The translations under genes and the position numbers were made by a program. From Deltaproteobacteria bacterium (GTDB taxonomy: Bacteria; Desulfobacterota; GWC2-55-46; S146-80), in contig WGFJ01000140.1 of the NCBI GenBank assembly GCA_015492305.1, positions 287 through 64,286 on the forward strand: 64,000 bases of DNA, in the 5' to 3' direction. The stretch's first letter is position 1. Each line of letters starts with the position of its first letter. Under the pieces are notes generated by a model. That model saw only the letters and a list, made by a program, of their open reading frames with translations. It ran no database searches and had not been told where the DNA came from. Below, in pieces: positions 49,480-60,069 of the stretch.

Positions 49480-51084
49480 TTACTCCTCGTAGAAGCTCTT
49501 GAGGAGCTTTATCCTGCTCGGGTGGCGAAGCCTCTTTATGGCCTTGGCTTCTATCTGCCTTATCCTCTCCCTTGTAACACCAAGGACCTGTCCCACATCC
49601 TCGAGGGTGTGATCATGCTTTTCGCCTATCCCGAACCTCATCCTCAGCACCTTCTCCTCCCTCGGGCTCAATGTGGCAAGGACCTTGCGCGTGAGCTCTG
49701 CAAGATTCCTCTCCACCGCATAGTCTGCAGGTGATACGGCCTTCTCATCCTCTATGAAGTCTCCGAGGGAACTCTCCTCATCGTCACCTATGGGTGTCTC
49801 AAGGGACAGGGTCTGCTTTGTGAGCCTCAGGGTCTTCCTCACCTTGGATGCAGGTATGCCAAGCCTCTCACCGATCTCTTCAGGGGTTGGCTCCCTGCCG
49901 AGCTCCTTCAGGAGCTGCCTTGAGGTCTGAAGGAGCCTGTTTATGGTCTCTATCATGTGGACAGGGATCCTTATGGTCCTGCCATAATCTGCAATGGCCC
50001 TTGTTATGGCCTGACGGATCCACCAGGTCGCATAGGTGCTGAACTTGTAACCCTTTCTGTAATCGAACTTGTCCACCGCCTTCATAAGGCCTATGTTGCC
50101 TTCCTGAACCAGATCGGAGAACTTGAGGCCCAGGTTCACATACTTCTTGGCGATGCTGATGACCAGACGCAGGTTGGCTTCGATGAGCTTGTTCTTGGCC
50201 CTCTTGACCATCCACTTGTACACCTTCAGGTCCTTGGTAAGGGCCTTGAGTTCCTCCCATCCCATACCAAGGGTCCTTGTGGCAACCTCTATCCTGCGCC
50301 TTGCCCTCTCCTTCCTCCTCTCATCCTCGCCTCTGGCGATGATCTCCTGCTCCTTTTCAAGGAGATTGACAAGCCTTTCCAGCCTCTCAGCCATCCTCTC
50401 TATCCAGTTCTGACTTATGTTCAGATCGTAGAGGATCTTCTGTATCTGCCTGTTGAGGACGGTCAGCCTCCCCTTGAGGGATGCCCTCCTCCGTGGAGGG
50501 AGATCCCTGGCTGAAAGGGCCTCAAGGACCTGCCTCTTCTTTGCCGACAGGCCCTCCAGTTCCTCTATCTTCTTCAGGACCCCCTCCACATACTCCTCGT
50601 TGTAGGAGATCCCCTCCTCTATATCTTCGATGAAGTCTTTGAGGGAAACCTTTCCCTTCTTGAGCAATCTTCCAAACTTGAGGACCTCCCTTTCTGCAAA
50701 GATGGTGGAAAGGAGGAGCTTCCTCATCTCCCTCTTTCCTTCCTCCATCTGCTTTGCCAGCATGATCTCTGCCTCACGGCTGAGCAGCGGTATGGCCCCC
50801 ATCTCCCTCATGTATATCCTCACCGGGTCCTCTGTCCGCTCTATCTCAAAGAGTTCCTCCTTTTCCTCTTCCTCCTCAAGCTCATACTCCTCCTTTGCCT
50901 TGGAGGCATCATCGACCACATCTATCCCCATCTCCCCGAGGGTCTCAAGGAAGTTATCTATCTCGTCTACGGAAAAATCCTCATCAGGTATGGCATCATT
51001 TATCTCATCATAGGTGAGGAACCCTCTGCTCCTACCCTTGTTTATGAGCTGTCTCACATCCTCCTTTATATCCTTTGACATCAA
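49480..51084 (-). CDS. rpoD: RNA polymerase primary sigma factor
   Basis: Region 1.1 through region 4 present, including the RpoD box and …[28 protein letters not shown]…. Confidence 0.95.
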   Translation of the reverse strand: MMSKDIKEDVRQLINKGRSRGFLTYDEINDAIPDEDFSVDEIDNFLETLGEMGIDVVDDASKAKEEYELEEEEEKEELFEIERTEDPVRIYMREMGAIPLLSREAEIMLAKQMEEGKREMRKLLLSTIFAEREVLKFGRLLKKGKVSLKDFIEDIEEGISYNEEYVEGVLKKIEELEGLSAKKRQVLEALSARDLPPRRRASLKGRLTVLNRQIQKILYDLNISQNWIERMAERLERLVNLLEKEQEIIARGEDERRKERARRRIEVATRTLGMGWEELKALTKDLKVYKWMVKRAKNKLIEANLRLVISIAKKYVNLGLKFSDLVQEGNIGLMKAVDKFDYRKGYKFSTYATWWIRQAITRAIADYGRTIRIPVHMIETINRLLQTSRQLLKELGREPTPEEIGERLGIPASKVRKTLRLTKQTLSLETPIGDDEESSLGDFIEDEKAVSPADYAVERNLAELTRKVLATLSPREEKVLRMRFGIGEKHDHTLEDVGQVLGVTRERIRQIEAKAIKRLRHPSRIKLLKSFYEE

Positions 51085-51213
51085 GACCTCCTTAATGTAA
51101 AGTATTCTACATCAAGATTACTACAAAAGCCCCTCACTGTCAAGTTGAGGGCCTTTTCCCTTGACATCGGGAAAGGGATTAGGTATTTTTGTAGTAAAAG
51201 GAAGGTAGAAACT

Positions 51214-51411
51214 ATGGCTAAAGCCCCTGCTGGGAAAAAGATCCTCAACACCCATATATCGGTTGAAGAGTACAACTTTTTAAAAGATATGGCAGCGAGA
51301 AACGCTATGACTATTACAATGTACCTCAGGGGTTTGATAAGGGCCGAAATGGACAAGTTGAGTAAAGAGTCTAACCTCAAAAGACTCCCCAAGGTTCAGG
51401 GCCTTAGATAA
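51214..51411 (+). CDS. putative small ribbon-helix-helix (CopG/Arc-like) protein
   Basis: A 65-aa ORF with a beta-strand (KKILNTHIS) followed by two helices. AAGGAAGG ribosome-binding site. Codon usage (AGA, TTA, ATT, ACT) differs from the rest of the genome. Confidence 0.3.
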   Translation: MAKAPAGKKILNTHISVEEYNFLKDMAARNAMTITMYLRGLIRAEMDKLSKESNLKRLPKVQGLR

Positions 51412-51468
51412 CCTTCCAAATTATATTAATATAATACATTCAGGACCAAAAGACAAGGAAAATTTTCC

Positions 51469-51497
51469 TTGACACTTTATCAAGGATGGTTTAAAAG
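51469..51497 (+). promoter_or_regulatory. putative sigma70-like promoter for rplM-rpsI (TTGACA-17-TAAAAG)
   Basis: Perfect -35 TTGACA with a 17-nt spacer and an imperfect -10, lying 40 bp upstream of rplM. Confidence 0.3.
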
Positions 51498-51536
51498 ATC
51501 CTTCTACTTTTCGAAAAAGACTGGAGGGTTTCCGTC

Positions 51537-51971
51537 ATGATGAAAACCACTTTCCCGACAAAGGAAGGGATAGAAAGGAAGTGGTTCCTTGTTGATGCAC
51601 AGGGTAAGACCCTTGGAAGGCTGGCATCACAGATAGCCAAGATCCTGAGGGGGAAGACAAAGCCAACCTACACGCCCCATCTTGACACCGGTGACTTTGT
51701 GGTTGTTGTCAACGCCGAGAAGGTGGCTGTAACAGGCAGAAAGCTCACGGACAAGGTCTACTACTGGCATTCCATGTACCCAGGGGGGCTTAAGTCAAGG
51801 ACCCTGAAGCAGCTACTGGAGGAAAAGCCTGAAGAGGTGATAATCCGTGCCGTAAAGGGGATGCTGCCCAAGACGCCCCTTGGACGGAAGATGCTGAAGA
51901 AGCTCAAGGTCTACAGAGGACCAGATCATCCCCATCAGGCCCAGAGGCCTCAGGAGATAGACCTGGTTTAG
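51537..51971 (+). CDS. rplM: 50S ribosomal protein L13
   Basis: L13 signature ([16 protein letters not shown]…). Confidence 0.95.
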   Translation: MMKTTFPTKEGIERKWFLVDAQGKTLGRLASQIAKILRGKTKPTYTPHLDTGDFVVVVNAEKVAVTGRKLTDKVYYWHSMYPGGLKSRTLKQLLEEKPEEVIIRAVKGMLPKTPLGRKMLKKLKVYRGPDHPHQAQRPQEIDLV

Positions 51972-51997
51972 ACCATAAATAAGAAAAGGGTGAGGAT

Positions 51998-52393
51998 ATG
52001 GAAGAGAAGAGATACTACGCAACGGGCAGGAGGAAGACATCGGTAGCACGGGTCTGGTTGATCCCCGGCGAAGGGGGCACCATCACGGTGAACGACAGGC
52101 CTGTGGAGGAGTACTTTGGCAGGCCAACCCTCATAAAGCTCATCCAGCAACCCCTGGAGCTTACAAATGCCCTCTCCCGCTACAGTGTCAAGGCAACGGT
52201 AAGTGGAGGCGGGATATCAAGCCAGGCCGGTGCCATAAGGCATGGTCTGGGCAGAGCCCTTGCAGAACTCTTCCCCGACTACAGACCGACCCTCAAGAAG
52301 CTTGGTCTCCTCACCAGGGACCCGAGGATGAAGGAGCGCAAGAAGTACGGCCAGCCCGGGGCAAGGAAGAAATTCCAGTGGACAAAGAGATAG
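51998..52393 (+). CDS. rpsI: 30S ribosomal protein S9
   Basis: S9 signature (GGGISSQAGAIRHG…RKKFQWTKR). Confidence 0.95.
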   Translation: MEEKRYYATGRRKTSVARVWLIPGEGGTITVNDRPVEEYFGRPTLIKLIQQPLELTNALSRYSVKATVSGGGISSQAGAIRHGLGRALAELFPDYRPTLKKLGLLTRDPRMKERKKYGQPGARKKFQWTKR

Positions 52394-52409
52394 GGTAGGA
52401 TCCCACCGG

Positions 52410-52444
52410 AAGGGGAAGGCAGAGGCCTTCCCCTTTTGTTTTTG
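52410..52444 (+). terminator. Rho-independent terminator after rpsI
   Basis: Perfect 11-bp GC-rich stem AAGGGGAAGGC / GCCTTCCCCTT with an AGAG loop, followed by TTGTTTTTGG. Confidence 0.8.
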
Positions 52445-52454
52445 GTTCGATCAG

Positions 52455-53477
52455 ATGATAGATGTCGGAGTGATAGGGGCAAGTGGCTACACAGGCCTGG
52501 AATTGTTGAGGCTCCTCTCCACCCATCCAGAGGTCCGCATAACCTTCGTAACTTCCCGTCAGTACAGGGGCTTGAAGGTCGAAGATGTATTCCCCCCTTT
52601 CAGGGGGCTTCTCTCTCTCACCTTCTCAGACCCTTCAGAGGTCCCTGACAGACCAGCTGACATCGTCTTCACAGCCCTGCCCCATCTGGAATCGATGAAG
52701 ATTGTGCCCCGCATCCTTGAGAGGGGGATCAGGGTCATAGACCTCAGTGCAGACTTCAGACTCAAGGATCCTGAACTCTACAGGGGGTTCTACGGTGACC
52801 ACGATGCCCCTCACCTCTTGAGGGAATCCATCTATGGTGTGCCTGAACTCCACAGGGAGGAGATCAGGAAGGGCAGGTTGATAGCAAACCCTGGATGCTA
52901 TGCCATCGCCTCCATACTCGGCCTTGCCCCCCTTGCAGGTAGAGGTCTCCTAAAGGGGATGGCTATCGTTGATGCCAAGTCAGGGGTCTCTGGAGCAGGT
53001 AGGGCCCCTACCCTTACAAACTCATTCGTAGAGGTCAATGAAGCCTTCAGCCCCTACAAAGTGGCCCGGCACAGACACACCCCTGAGATAGAGCAGGAGA
53101 TAGAGGCCATCAAGGGGTCGGCGGTAAGGATACTCTTCGTGCCCCACCTCCTCCCTGTGAACAGGGGCATCCTCGCAACCATCTACACGCCCTGGGATGG
53201 GGATGATGCATCCCTCCACAGCCTTTACAGCGATTTCTACCACGATGAACCCTTTGTCCACATCCTGCCACCGGACAGGCTACCCAACATAGCCTATGTG
53301 AGAGGTTCCAACAACTGCATGATCTCCACAAGGGTGGACAGGAGATCGGGCAATGCCATAATCCTTGTTGCCATCGACAACCTGGGGAAAGGAGCTGCAG
53401 GCAACGCCGTGCAGAACATGAACATCGCTGCAAACCTTCCTGAGGAAATGGGGCTCACCCCTCCCTTCTACCCTTGA
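52455..53477 (+). CDS. argC: N-acetyl-gamma-glutamyl-phosphate reductase
   Basis: N-terminal GASGYTGLEL and the catalytic Cys in PGCYA. Confidence 0.9.
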   Translation: MIDVGVIGASGYTGLELLRLLSTHPEVRITFVTSRQYRGLKVEDVFPPFRGLLSLTFSDPSEVPDRPADIVFTALPHLESMKIVPRILERGIRVIDLSADFRLKDPELYRGFYGDHDAPHLLRESIYGVPELHREEIRKGRLIANPGCYAIASILGLAPLAGRGLLKGMAIVDAKSGVSGAGRAPTLTNSFVEVNEAFSPYKVARHRHTPEIEQEIEAIKGSAVRILFVPHLLPVNRGILATIYTPWDGDDASLHSLYSDFYHDEPFVHILPPDRLPNIAYVRGSNNCMISTRVDRRSGNAIILVAIDNLGKGAAGNAVQNMNIAANLPEEMGLTPPFYP

Positions 53478-53519
53478 AATGACTTGACATACCTCCACCT
53501 TTCTATTATGAATTAGGCT

Positions 53520-55076
53520 ATGAGCCGCACGAAGGGGCCCGAAAGGGAGAGGTGGAGTTCCAGGGTTGGTCTCATCCTCGCCATGGCAGGCAACGCCATA
53601 GGCCTTGGCAACTTCCTCAGATTCCCTGTGCAGGCCGTTGAGAACGGTGGCGGTGCCTACATCATACCCTACTTCATATCCTTCATACTCCTTGGCATAC
53701 CCCTTATGTGGATAGAGTGGAGCATAGGCAGGTATGGTGGCTCCCTCAACCACGGTACCGCACCGGGTATGTTCGATGCCCTCTGGAAGAATCCGATAGC
53801 CAAATACATAGGTATCCTCGGCATATTCATTCCCCTTATAATCCTCACCTACTACACCTACATTGCCTCCTGGACCCTTGCCTTTTCCATCTTCTCCCTC
53901 CTCGGCCTCCTGCCAGAGGGAAGGATTGCGGATGGCATAACCCCAGCCCAGTATCTCAAGCCCTTTGAGGAGTATCTTGGTAGCTTCATAGGGGCCACAG
54001 GGAAGGGTATCTTCCTGACACCGGATCTGTGGGCTTACATATTCTTCCTCTTCACCGTTGCCTTCAGCCTCTACATACTCTCAAGGGGTGTGGCAGGCGG
54101 GATAGAGAGGCTTGCAGACTTTGCCATCCCCACCCTCTTTGTGATGGCCCTGATCCTCTTTGTAAGGGTCCTCACCCTTGAATCGCCCACAGGTGCGGAT
54201 GTCTCCCCTGTGGATGGGCTGGCATTCCTCTGGGAACCCAGGTTCGAGGGCCTGACAAGTCCAAAGGTCTGGCTTGCAGCGGCAGGGCAGATATTCTTCA
54301 CCTTAAGCCTTGGCCTCGGGGCCATACTCACCTATGCAAGCTACCTAAGGAGGGATGACGACATAGCCCTCAACGGACTCACCACGGCCTCCCTCAATGA
54401 GTTTGCAGAGATCGTCCTTGGCGGGACCATATCCATAGTATCTGCTGTCGTATTCTTCGGTGTAGCCGGTGCGAAGGATGCAGCAAGCGGGGCCTTCAAG
54501 CTCGGCTTCATAAGCATGCCGGCCATCCTCTCCCACATGCCCCTTGGCAACCTTTTCGGCTTCATGTGGTTCTTCCTCCTCTTCTTTGCTGCGATCACAT
54601 CCGTCATGGCCCTTTCCCAGCCGGTCATTGCCTTCTTTGAGGATGAGCTCTTCTGGAGCAGGAAGAAATCCGTTGCCGTCCTTGGCATCATCTTCTTCGT
54701 ATCAGCCCACCTCCCCATATTCCTGAAGGGGGCCCTTGATGAGATGGACTTCTGGGCAGGGACCTTCGGCCTTGTTGTCTTTGCCCTCTTCGAGGTGGTG
54801 ATATTCGTGTGGATCTTCGGTTCCGAGAGGGCATGGGAGGAGATAAACAGGAGCGCCCAGATAAGGATACCCCACATCTTCTACTTCATCATGAAGTACA
54901 TAACCCCCCTGTTCCTCATAGTGATCCTTGCAACCTGGAGCTACACGGAACTTCCCAAGGTCCTGGCAAAGAAGGATGGGACCATATGGATCACAAGGAT
55001 ATTCCTCATCCTCGTGCTCCTGGGCCTCTTTGCCCTTGTGAGGATGGCCTGGGAGAAGAGGGAGGCAAAGGGATGA
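53520..55076 (+). CDS. sodium-dependent transporter, NSS (SNF) family
   Basis: NSS signature at the N-terminus (MAGNAIGLGNFLRFP) and 12 TM segments. Confidence 0.9.
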   Translation: MSRTKGPERERWSSRVGLILAMAGNAIGLGNFLRFPVQAVENGGGAYIIPYFISFILLGIPLMWIEWSIGRYGGSLNHGTAPGMFDALWKNPIAKYIGILGIFIPLIILTYYTYIASWTLAFSIFSLLGLLPEGRIADGITPAQYLKPFEEYLGSFIGATGKGIFLTPDLWAYIFFLFTVAFSLYILSRGVAGGIERLADFAIPTLFVMALILFVRVLTLESPTGADVSPVDGLAFLWEPRFEGLTSPKVWLAAAGQIFFTLSLGLGAILTYASYLRRDDDIALNGLTTASLNEFAEIVLGGTISIVSAVVFFGVAGAKDAASGAFKLGFISMPAILSHMPLGNLFGFMWFFLLFFAAITSVMALSQPVIAFFEDELFWSRKKSVAVLGIIFFVSAHLPIFLKGALDEMDFWAGTFGLVVFALFEVVIFVWIFGSERAWEEINRSAQIRIPHIFYFIMKYITPLFLIVILATWSYTELPKVLAKKDGTIWITRIFLILVLLGLFALVRMAWEKREAKG

Positions 55077-55168
55077 GCCTTTCTGGCTGGATCATGCTCA
55101 TCCTGTCCTGGGGGGTAGTGACTGCCCTTGTGGCCTTCTGCTTTTACAAGGTCTTTACAGCAAGATAA
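55073..55168 (+). CDS. putative NSS-associated small membrane protein (31 aa)
   Basis: ATG overlaps the transporter stop as ATGA. Single TM (MSLSGWIMLILSWGVVTALVAFCFYKVFTAR). Confidence 0.4.
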   Translation: MSLSGWIMLILSWGVVTALVAFCFYKVFTAR

Positions 55169-55203
55169 GCCATTCTGAAAGTATCCCTAAAGGAGGAAAA
55201 GAC

Positions 55204-56586
55204 GTGCATAGAGATGTGGATTCCCTCTACCAGTCCCTCAAAGGCATCATGGAAGGGAGGGAAGGGAAGGTAGAGGTAGTGGACAGGGAGAGGTTCATAA
55301 AAGGCCTTGATGACCTGGTAAGGGAAGGGGTCTTCAACCCAGAAAGGGAGGTGAGGGGCCACGCAAGGTGGATCATACGGTCAGCGGCACTCTCGGATGG
55401 CATACATCCCTCCTCCATCATCGACCTCTACGATGCCATGGGAAGGGAAGAGGTTGGAGGCTTCACGGTCCCTGCCATAAACATAAGGGGATTGACCTAC
55501 GACATGGCAAGGGCCGTATTCAGGGCTGCCATGGAGGGGGAGGTTGGTGCCTTTATATTCGAGATCGCAAGGTCTGAGATGGGCTATACGGACCAATCCC
55601 CTTCCGAGTACTCGGCTGTGATCATGGCTGCTGCCCTGCGGGAGGGCTTCAGGGGCCCTGTCTTCATACAGGGTGATCACTTCCAGGTGAAGAGGGATCG
55701 CTTCAAGGGGGATAGAGAGGTAGAAATAGAGGAACTCAAGGCACTCATAAGGAGATCGATAGCATCCGGTTTCTACAACATCGACATAGATGCATCCACC
55801 CTGGTGGATCTGGAGAAGAAAGGTCTCGTGGAACAGCAGAGGGACAACTTTGAGATCACCGCCCTCTTCACCGACTACATACGATCAGTGGAACCCGAAG
55901 GGATAACCATAACCATCGGGGGGGAGATAGGGGAGGTGGGTGGCAAGAACTCCACACCTGAGGAACTGAGGGCCTTTATGGATGGATACCTATCAAGCCT
56001 CGGGAAGGGGGTAAAGGGACTCAGCAAGATAAGCGTTCAGACAGGTACAACCCATGGAGGCGTTGTCCTTCCGGATGGTTCCATAGCGAGGGTGAAGATC
56101 GACTTCGACACACTTGAAAGGCTCTCAAAGATCGCAAGGAAGGAGTATGGCCTTGCAGGCTGCGTCCAGCACGGGGCCTCGACCCTCCCTGATGAGGCCT
56201 TCCACCTCTTCCCTGAAAAGGGAACGGCAGAGATCCATCTTGCCACAGCCTTTCAGAACATGGTCTACGATGATCCATCCTTTCCGCATGACCTGAGGGA
56301 GGAGATCTACTCCTACCTCAAAGAGAAGCACAGAGGGGAATGGAAGGAGGGCGAGACGGAGGAACAGTTCATCTACAAGACGAGGAAGAAGGCCTTCGGC
56401 CCCTTCAAGAAGAGGTTCTGGGATCTTCCGGAAGCCTACCGGGAGGGCTTGAGGGAACGGTTGAAGGACCGGTTCCTCTTCCTCTTTGAGAAGTTGAAGG
56501 TCTTCGGAACAAAGGAGATAGTGGATAGATGGGTGAAACCGCTACCCACCAGGATCGACCTCCAGGGGGAGATAGAAAACTCGTGA
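55204..56586 (+). CDS. class II fructose-bisphosphate aldolase family protein (long form)
   Basis: Class II aldolase blocks (VPAINIRG…; IQGDHF; …HG…GG). GTG start with an AAAGGAGG ribosome-binding site. 460 aa. Confidence 0.75.
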   Translation: MHRDVDSLYQSLKGIMEGREGKVEVVDRERFIKGLDDLVREGVFNPEREVRGHARWIIRSAALSDGIHPSSIIDLYDAMGREEVGGFTVPAINIRGLTYDMARAVFRAAMEGEVGAFIFEIARSEMGYTDQSPSEYSAVIMAAALREGFRGPVFIQGDHFQVKRDRFKGDREVEIEELKALIRRSIASGFYNIDIDASTLVDLEKKGLVEQQRDNFEITALFTDYIRSVEPEGITITIGGEIGEVGGKNSTPEELRAFMDGYLSSLGKGVKGLSKISVQTGTTHGGVVLPDGSIARVKIDFDTLERLSKIARKEYGLAGCVQHGASTLPDEAFHLFPEKGTAEIHLATAFQNMVYDDPSFPHDLREEIYSYLKEKHRGEWKEGETEEQFIYKTRKKAFGPFKKRFWDLPEAYREGLRERLKDRFLFLFEKLKVFGTKEIVDRWVKPLPTRIDLQGEIENS

Positions 56587-56596
56587 GGAGGAAGTC

Positions 56597-57625
56597 ATGA
56601 AGATAGGTGTCCTTACAGGCGGTGGGGATTGCCCTGGTTTGAATGCAGCCATAAGGGCTGTTGTGAGGAGGGCCATCCAGTACGACTACGAGGTGATAGG
56701 CATTAGGGATGGATGGAAGGGCCTTGTTGATGTGGATCTGATCCCCCTTACCAGGGACTCTGTATCGGGCATCCATGTGAAGGGAGGCACCATCCTCGGC
56801 ACCTCCAGGACCAACCCATTCAAGGATGAGGACACAGCCAGCCGGGTGATAGAGAACATAAAGGGTTGTGGATTCGATGCCCTGGTGTGCATAGGTGGAA
56901 ACGATACCCTTGGTGTGGCAGACAAGCTCTACAAGAGGGGGATCAACACCGTTGGCGTCCCCAAGACGATAGACAACGACCTCTGCGGTACGGACTACAC
57001 CTTTGGTTTCGACACAGCCGTATCCATCGTCACCGAGGCCATAGACCGCCTTCACTCCACCACAGAGGCCCACCACAGGGTCATGGTGGTGGAGGTGATG
57101 GGAAGACACGCAGGGTGGATAGCCACATACGGAGGGCTTGCAGGAGGGGCCCACCTCATTCTGATACCAGAAAAGCCCTTCACCCTTGATGATGTCTGCA
57201 GGGTCATCGAGAGGAGGCGGGCAAGGGGAAAGTACTTCAGCATCATTGTGGTTGCAGAGGGGGCGAAACCAGAGGGTCTTGAGGGCTATATAACAAGGGA
57301 GAGCAAGAGGGATGAATTCGGGAATGTCATACTCGGTGGCATAGGGTGGTTCCTTGCAGAGGAGATAGAGAAGAGGACCGGCATGGAAACGAGGTATGTG
57401 GTCCTCGGCCACCTGCAGAGGGGTGGAACACCCACGGCCTTCGACAGGATACTTGCCACACGTCTGGGTGTGGCAGCGGTGGATCTCGTGAAGGATGGTG
57501 TATTCGGCAGGATGGTGGCCCTCCAGGGAAACCGTATCACCCATATCCCCCTTGAAGAGGGGGTGAAGGAGATAAAGCAGGTGGATATGGACCTATACAG
57601 GGTGGCAGAGGTCTTCTTCGGGTAG
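56597..57625 (+). CDS. pfk: 6-phosphofructokinase, probably pyrophosphate-dependent
   Basis: PFK N-terminus GVLTGGGDCPGLNAAIR. The nucleotide-specificity positions read GGND and PKTIDND, that is Asp at the E. coli Gly104 position and Lys at the Gly124 position, which is the PPi-PFK pattern. Confidence 0.85.
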   Translation: MKIGVLTGGGDCPGLNAAIRAVVRRAIQYDYEVIGIRDGWKGLVDVDLIPLTRDSVSGIHVKGGTILGTSRTNPFKDEDTASRVIENIKGCGFDALVCIGGNDTLGVADKLYKRGINTVGVPKTIDNDLCGTDYTFGFDTAVSIVTEAIDRLHSTTEAHHRVMVVEVMGRHAGWIATYGGLAGGAHLILIPEKPFTLDDVCRVIERRRARGKYFSIIVVAEGAKPEGLEGYITRESKRDEFGNVILGGIGWFLAEEIEKRTGMETRYVVLGHLQRGGTPTAFDRILATRLGVAAVDLVKDGVFGRMVALQGNRITHIPLEEGVKEIKQVDMDLYRVAEVFFG

Positions 57626-57994
57626 ATGGCAGACTCTGTGAGGGTAGACAAGTGGCTCTGGGCTGCAAGGTTCTTCAAGACAAGATCCCTTGCCCAGAAG
57701 GCCTGTAATGGTGGAAAGGTGGATGTAAACGGGGTAGCAGCAAAACCCCACAAACCCGTAAGGGTGGGAGACATCGTGGAGTTTACCCTGGGTGAGTGGA
57801 GGAGGAAGGTAAGGGTCCTGAAACTCTCGGAACAACGGGGGCCTGCCCCTGTTGCAAGAGAGCTATACGAGGATATGAGCCCTCCCCCTCCAAGGAGGGA
57901 AAGGGCCTTTGCTCCACCACCTCTCCGTGAAAGGGGTTCAGGAAGACCCACCAAGAAGGAAAGGAGACAGCTGAAGAAGTTAAGAGGAAGGTGA
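57626..57994 (+). CDS. hslR: ribosome-associated heat-shock protein Hsp15 (S4 domain)
   Basis: Family N-terminus [19 protein letters not shown]… followed by a basic C-terminal tail. Confidence 0.8.
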   Translation: MADSVRVDKWLWAARFFKTRSLAQKACNGGKVDVNGVAAKPHKPVRVGDIVEFTLGEWRRKVRVLKLSEQRGPAPVARELYEDMSPPPPRRERAFAPPPLRERGSGRPTKKERRQLKKLRGR

Positions 57995-58897
57995 GGCAGC
58001 CTTCTTCCTTGCGTCTACACCGAATCTTTCGGCGAGCTCATCGGCAAGGGCCTGTATCCTCTCTATCTCCCTCTTCCCCTCCTCGCTCTTGAAGAGATGG
58101 GCAAACCTCTTCTGTAGCTTCAGGTACTCCACAACAGGCTTCCTCTTTGCAAGTCTCTTCACATTGGTTATCTTCCCGTTTTCCATCTCATAGAGGGGGA
58201 AGAGCCCGGTCTCCACAACGAGCTTTGCGATCTTTATGGTAAGGGCAGGGTCGCTCCCCCACCCCAGGGGACAGGGCACATAGAGGTGGATATACTTGGG
58301 CCCCCTGATGGAGAGGGCCTTCTTCACCTTCCTCTGAAGGTCCTGGGGATAGCCCACAGATGCTGTGGCCACATACGGGATGTGATGGGCCGCCGCTATG
58401 GCAGGCATGTCCTTCTTGTTGGTCCTGTTGCCCCATGATTGCTTACCGGCAGGGCTTGTTGTGGTATGGGCATCGAGCGGTGTAAGCCCGCTCCTCTGGA
58501 CACCTGTGTTCATGTAGGCCTCATTGTCGTAGCATATGTAGAGGACATTGTCCCCCCTCTCGAGCATACCGCTCAAGGCCTGAAGACCTATATCGGCCGT
58601 TCCACCATCCCCACCCTGGGCTATGATATTGATATCCTCTTTACCCATGGCCTTCAGGGCTGCAGCAACACCTGATGCCACGGCTGCTGCATTCTCAAAG
58701 AGGGAGTGTATCCATGGTATCTCCCATGATGACTGGGGATACCTTGAAGAGAAGACCTCAAGGCACCCTGTAGCACAGGTGGCTATCGTCTTTGGACCTG
58801 CTGCATTCAGCACAAGCCTTGCACCAAGGGCCTCCCCGCAGCCTGTACAGGCCGTGTGACCCGGTGCAAAGAGGTTCTGGTTGTAAAGGTTACGCAT
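57980..58897 (-). CDS. porB: pyruvate:ferredoxin oxidoreductase beta subunit (TPP-binding)
   Basis: TPP motif GDGG…N. Sits 3' of porA. Confidence 0.9.
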   Translation of the reverse strand: MRNLYNQNLFAPGHTACTGCGEALGARLVLNAAGPKTIATCATGCLEVFSSRYPQSSWEIPWIHSLFENAAAVASGVAAALKAMGKEDINIIAQGGDGGTADIGLQALSGMLERGDNVLYICYDNEAYMNTGVQRSGLTPLDAHTTTSPAGKQSWGNRTNKKDMPAIAAAHHIPYVATASVGYPQDLQRKVKKALSIRGPKYIHLYVPCPLGWGSDPALTIKIAKLVVETGLFPLYEMENGKITNVKRLAKRKPVVEYLKLQKRFAHLFKSEEGKREIERIQALADELAERFGVDARKKAASPSS

Positions 58898-60068
58898 ATC
58901 TCCTTCCCTCCACTTCTTCTTTCAGATCCAGGAAGACAGGCTCCATCGTATCCACCTCATACAGGGAAAGGGCCTGTCTCACCGTTCCCTCGTTCACCTC
59001 CCTGCCGCCAAGGCCAGCCACAAACCCCTTGACCTTTGGGGCCTTTTCGAGGCCATAGAGGGCCTCCTTCACATCTGCCGCAAGTCCCCCTGTAGAGCCA
59101 AGGGATATATCCTTCTCGATCACGATCACCCCTTCCATACCTTTGAGGGCCTCCCTCACAGCCTCCTTGGGGAAGGGCCTGTAAGACCTTACCTTCAGGG
59201 CCCCTACCTTCCGTCCTTCCTTCCTGAGTCTGTCCACCGTATCCTTTATCACCCCCACAGCGGTACCCATGGATACGATGGCTATATCTGCATCGTCGAG
59301 TCTGTAAGGCTCTATCAGCCCTCCAGAGTACCTGCCGAAGACGGAGGAGAACTCCTCTGCCACCTCTTCGATGACCCCCTTTGCCCTCTCCATGGCCATC
59401 TGGATCTGGTACCTTGTCTCCATGTAGCCCTCCGGGCCCATGAGATAGCCAAAGGTAAGGGGGTTTTCGGGGGTGAGGTAGTGCTGGGGTTTATAGGGCG
59501 GGAGGAAACGATCCACCTCCTCCTGGGAGGGTATATCAACGGGCTCTATGGAATGGGTGATCAGGAACCCATCCATGCAGACCATAACAGGGAGCATGAT
59601 ATCCTCCCTCTCTGCTATCCTGTAGGCCTGTATGTGCATGTCACAGGCCTCCTGGTTGTCCTCGGCATACAGCTGGATCCATCCTGTATCCCTTGCAGCC
59701 ATGGAGTCCTGGTAGTCGTTCCAGATGTTTATGGGTGCGGAGACAGCCCTGTTCACCCCGCCAAGGACAACAGGGAGCCTGAGGCCTGCAATGTTGTAGA
59801 GGACCTCAACCATGAGGAGCATCCCCTGGGATGTGGTGGCTGTATATGTCCTTGCCCCTGTTGCACTTGCCCCGAGGACAACAGAGGCTGCGGAGTGTTC
59901 ACTCTCCACATTCACATACTCGGCCTTCAGTTCCCCATCGGCCACCATCTTTGCAAGGGCTTCCACTATGTGGGTCTGGGGTGTTATAGGATAGGCGGCT
60001 ACCACAAGGGGCCTGCACAGCTTCACCACCTCTGCAACGGCCTTCGAACCTTCAATGGCCTTTAGCAT
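58890..60068 (-). CDS. porA: pyruvate:ferredoxin oxidoreductase alpha subunit
   Basis: PorA-like N-terminus (…YPITPQT…SEHSAAS…). Confidence 0.9.
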   Translation of the reverse strand: MLKAIEGSKAVAEVVKLCRPLVVAAYPITPQTHIVEALAKMVADGELKAEYVNVESEHSAASVVLGASATGARTYTATTSQGMLLMVEVLYNIAGLRLPVVLGGVNRAVSAPINIWNDYQDSMAARDTGWIQLYAEDNQEACDMHIQAYRIAEREDIMLPVMVCMDGFLITHSIEPVDIPSQEEVDRFLPPYKPQHYLTPENPLTFGYLMGPEGYMETRYQIQMAMERAKGVIEEVAEEFSSVFGRYSGGLIEPYRLDDADIAIVSMGTAVGVIKDTVDRLRKEGRKVGALKVRSYRPFPKEAVREALKGMEGVIVIEKDISLGSTGGLAADVKEALYGLEKAPKVKGFVAGLGGREVNEGTVRQALSLYEVDTMEPVFLDLKEEVEGRRYA

Positions 60069-60069
60069 C

